NCBI GenBank assembly: GCA_002311645.1 | Contig: DBYW01000034.1 | Coordinates: forward strand, 43,227-107,226 | Length of the DNA: 64,000 bases | Source of the DNA: Bacteroidales bacterium UBA1176 | GTDB taxonomy: Bacteria; Bacteroidota; Bacteroidia; Bacteroidales; WCHB1-69 | Direction: 5' to 3' | Shown: positions 60,444 to 64,000 of the stretch, in pieces | How the letters are laid out: every line of letters begins with the position of its first letter | How positions within the stretch are numbered: position 1 is the first letter of the stretch | Position numbers and translations under genes: made by a program | The notes under the pieces: generated by a model | Told to the model about the DNA's origin: nothing | Seen by the model: the letters and a program-made list of their open reading frames with translations, nothing else | Databases searched by the model: none

Positions 60444-62882
60444 TTATTCTCCCGTGCTCTCCACACCAGAGTCCTCCGTTGCCTTCTTTTCCAACTCCAT
60501 CTTACCAAAACGCAGGGTGATGCCCGCCGTAATGAAGCGGCTCACGTTCTTGGATGTGGTGGTGGATACGTAGTATGGATTGTCGTTGGTGGTGCGACGG
60601 CTGTTCCAATTGAAAATGTCGTTCACGTTGAGGTGGACAGAGAGCTTGCGGTCGAAGAAGTCTGCGCGCAGGCCGGCATTAATGGAGTAATGTGGCAACG
60701 TGGTCGTGAAAAGTGACACACTCTTGGAACGGTAGTTCGCGGAAACGTTGATTTCTAATTTCTTCCACACCTTTGCCCAGAAACGCAACCGGAAACTGTA
60801 GCCGAGGTTGGAGGTGATGCGCGGGTCTGCCTCGTTGCGGAACTGGAACTCCGAACGCGTGTAGTAGAGGTTGGCGTAAAACCGAATGTTCATGAAGGCC
60901 TTCAGACGGTAGGTGACATTCAGGTCCGCACCCGTGTTAAAAGACTTTCCAGCATTCACGGGCTGCGAGAAGGAGACGATGCGCCCGAAATAGTCGTTGA
61001 ATATCACGTCGGTCATCGTGCTGGTCAGGTCTTTGGAATGGCGGAAGTAGGCATTGATGCCCACGTTGCCGAACTTCTTGAAAAACTTGGTCCAACCGGC
61101 CTCCACGGAGTTGGTATAGGTGGGGCGCAAGTAGGGATTGCCCATGGAAAAATCATCTTCCCCGTAAGAGACGAAGGTTGATAGCCGTGAGGCCGACGGG
61201 TTGCTGACCCTGCGGGTGTAGCTCAGGCTGAAATTGTGCATCGACTTGGTGCGGTAGCTGAGGTGCAACGAGGGATAGAGGCTGAAATAGCCCTTGGCCA
61301 CGTCACCGTAGGGGGCGTTGAGGATGTGATAATCGTAAAAGACATATTCGGAACGGAGGCCTGCCTTGGCGGTGAAGTTGCCGAACTTGTGCTGGATGGT
61401 GACGTAGGCATCGAGGTCGTACTCGCGGTCATCCACGTCCATGAGACGCAAGGAGTCGGTGTTGTAGATGTCCGCCCCCGGCACCAACGTGTCATACAGG
61501 GTGATGTTCTTGTCGAATGCGACATCACCGCTGACACCCACCCCGATTTCGCCATTCTTATGGTAGGGAATCACGTAGTCAAGGCTGGCGGAGGTGGAAA
61601 AACTATTGCCTTTCGGGGAGCCGAGACGCCTTTTGTCAAGCTCGTTTTGTATCAAATAGTCGCGAAAATAGTCGGAGCTTCCCTGGTTATGGCGATAGTT
61701 GAAGGTCCAGTCGGCATCAATTTTGTGCCCTGTCTGGCGGTTGAAGAAATGCTCAAAAGCCAGTCCGCCGTAGGCACCGGCACTGAAGCTCGAGGATTCC
61801 GTCGAGGTGTTGTATTGGAACAATTCTTCAGGAAAATACTCCTGTCGAAGCGCTTGGGACAGGTTGTTGGAAATACTGTAGCGGGGATAAGTGCCAGCCC
61901 AGAAACGCATGGTGTTGAGGGTGTCGAAGATATAGGAACCGTTAAAGTTAAAGCCTGTGTTGACATTATGTCCTTTTCCGTTGCTGAAGCCCAAGTAGGT
62001 AGAGGCGGTGTCATGTTCGTTGTTAAACTGTGTGTATGAGCTGGTAGCGTTGTGACGGCTGTACGAGTAGCTTGCGTTGAGATAGAAATTCAGGGAGAGT
62101 TTCTGGTTGGCCCAGACGTAGGAGACCCACGGGGTAATGTTGGGTGAGGAAGATCCGCGGATGCCGAAGCTGACAAAGCTGTTTTTCTTGATGGCAGAGG
62201 TAGTCACGATGTTGATGATGCCGGCATCGCTCTTGGAGCTGTATTTGGCGGAAGGATTGGTGATGACCTCTATTCGCTCCAACGAGTTGGCGGGCAGTTG
62301 CTGGATGAACTCCTTGAGGTTCTCCTCTGTGAGGTGGGAAGGTCTGTCGTTGAGCCATATTTCAACGGAGGAGACGCCACGGAGGGTGATGTTGCCTTCG
62401 ATATCGACCTCCACACCGGGGGCATTCTCGAGCGCGTCGGCGGCCGTGCCGTCCTGGATGGTTGGATCCTCGGCCACGTTGTACATTGTTTTCTCACCGT
62501 CCACTAAATAGACGGGCTTCTCGCCGGCGATGGTGACCTCCTGCAAGGTGTTCTTCTCCCGGTGCATGCGGATACGCCCTATATCAACGACGGGGTTATC
62601 GCCCTCGCAGCGCACGGCGCGCGTGACGGGCGCGTAGCCCACCAGGAAGGCCATGAGATTGTATCGCCCGGCAGGCACGTCATCAAGGGTGAAGTTACCC
62701 TCCGCGTCGGTGAAGGTCACCGCCACCGTTTTCATGGCCGAGTCGGGCGTGACAAGCCCCACCCGCACATAGAAGAGACGCTCACGGCGCGCACTGTCCA
62801 CCACCGTACCCCGCACGGTGTAGTTCTGAGCAAAGGTGAGCAAAGGGAGAGAGAAGAGCAAGAGGAGAATCAGGCGTTTCAT
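60444..62882 (-). CDS. Outer-membrane beta-barrel family protein with N-terminal carboxypeptidase-regulatory-like domain (TonB-dependent-receptor-like)
   Basis: Signal peptide, then YTVRGTVVDSARRERLFYVRVGLV (CarboxypepD_reg-like), a plug-like region, long strand-turn repeats and a C-terminal ...ITLRFGK strand region. Confidence 0.8.
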   Translation of the reverse strand: MKRLILLLLFSLPLLTFAQNYTVRGTVVDSARRERLFYVRVGLVTPDSAMKTVAVTFTDAEGNFTLDDVPAGRYNLMAFLVGYAPVTRAVRCEGDNPVVDIGRIRMHREKNTLQEVTIAGEKPVYLVDGEKTMYNVAEDPTIQDGTAADALENAPGVEVDIEGNITLRGVSSVEIWLNDRPSHLTEENLKEFIQQLPANSLERIEVITNPSAKYSSKSDAGIINIVTTSAIKKNSFVSFGIRGSSSPNITPWVSYVWANQKLSLNFYLNASYSYSRHNATSSYTQFNNEHDTASTYLGFSNGKGHNVNTGFNFNGSYIFDTLNTMRFWAGTYPRYSISNNLSQALRQEYFPEELFQYNTSTESSSFSAGAYGGLAFEHFFNRQTGHKIDADWTFNYRHNQGSSDYFRDYLIQNELDKRRLGSPKGNSFSTSASLDYVIPYHKNGEIGVGVSGDVAFDKNITLYDTLVPGADIYNTDSLRLMDVDDREYDLDAYVTIQHKFGNFTAKAGLRSEYVFYDYHILNAPYGDVAKGYFSLYPSLHLSYRTKSMHNFSLSYTRRVSNPSASRLSTFVSYGEDDFSMGNPYLRPTYTNSVEAGWTKFFKKFGNVGINAYFRHSKDLTSTMTDVIFNDYFGRIVSFSQPVNAGKSFNTGADLNVTYRLKAFMNIRFYANLYYTRSEFQFRNEADPRITSNLGYSFRLRFWAKVWKKLEINVSANYRSKSVSLFTTTLPHYSINAGLRADFFDRKLSVHLNVNDIFNWNSRRTTNDNPYYVSTTTSKNVSRFITAGITLRFGKMELEKKATEDSGVESTGE

Positions 62883-62948
62883 GTCTTGGTAAATTATATA
62901 TGACGACTATGTTACAGTATGCCGGACATAAACCATGATCACAATAAA

Positions 62949-64000
62949 TCACGATTTATGCAGCACGCCGTTTAGCACTTTCTTGACGAGTTCCCTTTCG
63001 TTATAAACAACCACGCCCACATAGACGAGCATCAGCACCGTGTTGACCACAAAAACCCAGATTTGTTTCTGCGGATGGAAAAGGATGCTGAATTCATAGA
63101 GCAGCAGGGCCAAGGATAAATAGCCGAATAACGATCCCAATTTGTACGGAACAGGGCTTTTGAATTGTCCCACTATGTAGGAGAGCACCATGCAGATGCC
63201 ATATCCCGCCAAACCGCCCCACGCACAGGCCATGTAGCCGTATTTCGGGACAAAGATAAAATTGATGGCCAGCATCACCGCGCACCCGATGGCGGAAAAG
63301 ATGGCACCCCACCATGTCTGCTTGTTCAGTTTATACCAGAATGAAAGGTTGAAATAGACGCCCATGAAGATCTCTGCCATCATCACAATAGGCACAGCCC
63401 GCAGCCCTTCCCAATAATCCTCTTTAATGATGAACTTGAATATGTCCATATACAAGACAACAATCAGGAAGGCCATAAGCGTGAAGATGACATAGTATTT
63501 CATCACATCGGCTTGCATCTCTTTGCTGTTTTTCTCTTTTTGCCCGCCAAAAACGAAAGGCTCGTAGGCATACCGGAAGGCTTGCGTGAAGATAGCGATA
63601 ATCATGGCAATCTTGACACAGGCGCCGTAAATGCCAAGCTGCACCTCACCCACCTGGCCGGGAACGATGAATTTATAGCAAATCTTGTCGGCCACTTGGT
63701 TGAGGATGCCGATAAGTCCGAGCAACAGTAACGGCCAAGTATACCGGAGCATGTCTTTCAGCAGGGCACGGTCGATGCCAAAGCGCAGTCCCTTGATTTC
63801 CGGGATGAAGCCTAACGTGACACCGGCGGTACACAAGAGGTTGACAATGAAGACGTAACCAACTTGGTAGTTGGGATCGTACCAACTCATCAGGGACGGG
63901 TGGCTTTGCTGGAGTGCCGGGGCCATCAGGAAAATGAAAAGATTGAGCAGGATGTTGCTGACAATGAAAGAGAGCTTGAGGGTGACAAACTTGAGGGCAC
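62949..64000 (-). CDS. Polysaccharide/oligosaccharide flippase (MOP/Wzx-type), N-terminus beyond the right window edge
   Basis: The ORF track starts it at M (63926), but the minus frame stays open through 64000 (ALKFVTLKLSFIVSNILLNLFIFLMAPALQQ...). It is multi-pass hydrophobic with YTWPLLLLGLIGILNQVADK and FRYAYEPFVF. Confidence 0.7.
   Translation of the reverse strand, partial: ALKFVTLKLSFIVSNILLNLFIFLMAPALQQSHPSLMSWYDPNYQVGYVFIVNLLCTAGVTLGFIPEIKGLRFGIDRALLKDMLRYTWPLLLLGLIGILNQVADKICYKFIVPGQVGEVQLGIYGACVKIAMIIAIFTQAFRYAYEPFVFGGQKEKNSKEMQADVMKYYVIFTLMAFLIVVLYMDIFKFIIKEDYWEGLRAVPIVMMAEIFMGVYFNLSFWYKLNKQTWWGAIFSAIGCAVMLAINFIFVPKYGYMACAWGGLAGYGICMVLSYIVGQFKSPVPYKLGSLFGYLSLALLLYEFSILFHPQKQIWVFVVNTVLMLVYVGVVVYNERELVKKVLNGVLHKS

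Overview
This 64-kb chromosomal segment reads as Bacteroidota, probably a Prevotellaceae-like Bacteroidales genome. The basis is TAnnTTTG -7 promoter boxes, T9SS C-terminal sorting domains, FISUMP domains and typical Bacteroidales housekeeping genes. I saw no rRNA, tRNA, CRISPR array, integrase or transposase. Layout: (1) 1-14.5 kb is a compositionally mosaic surface-protein island. It holds a LytTR membrane regulator (cut by the window edge), a Cys-rich lipoprotein, a BspA-type LRR fragment, three proteins with T9SS sorting domains (one a 1314-aa S8 subtilase) and two FISUMP-domain proteins. Two of its operons are preceded by the same ~30-nt upstream block. (2) 14.6-26.5 kb holds a 27-aa-repeat protein and a tight nucleotide-sugar tailoring cassette: an LbH acyltransferase, three tandem ATP-grasp paralogs, galE and a UDP-HexNAc-type dehydrogenase. 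These are followed by a secreted beta-helix protein, a DUF4954-like protein and nagB. (3) 26.7-44.7 kb is housekeeping: SNF transporter, TPM/LemA, waaA, truA, HAD, OmpA-like/TPR lipoprotein, trkHA, purB, upp, rluB and a U32 peptidase. (4) 45.0-58.7 kb is the most unusual part. It is a self-contained three-gene operon encoding an outer-membrane beta-barrel, a 3171-aa secreted giant with no recognisable sorting tag or catalytic motif, and a five-module FN3-like protein. (5) 58.7-64 kb holds sulP, a large OM beta-barrel protein and a partial flippase. Recurrent non-coding signals are short period-7/8 tandem repeats in which every unit carries a stop codon and which start at or just after gene ends, a ~180-bp element with 28-bp terminal inverted repeats, and a family of GC-rich palindromic hairpins. 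All calls come from reading the sequence and ORF translations. No database search or computation was run.
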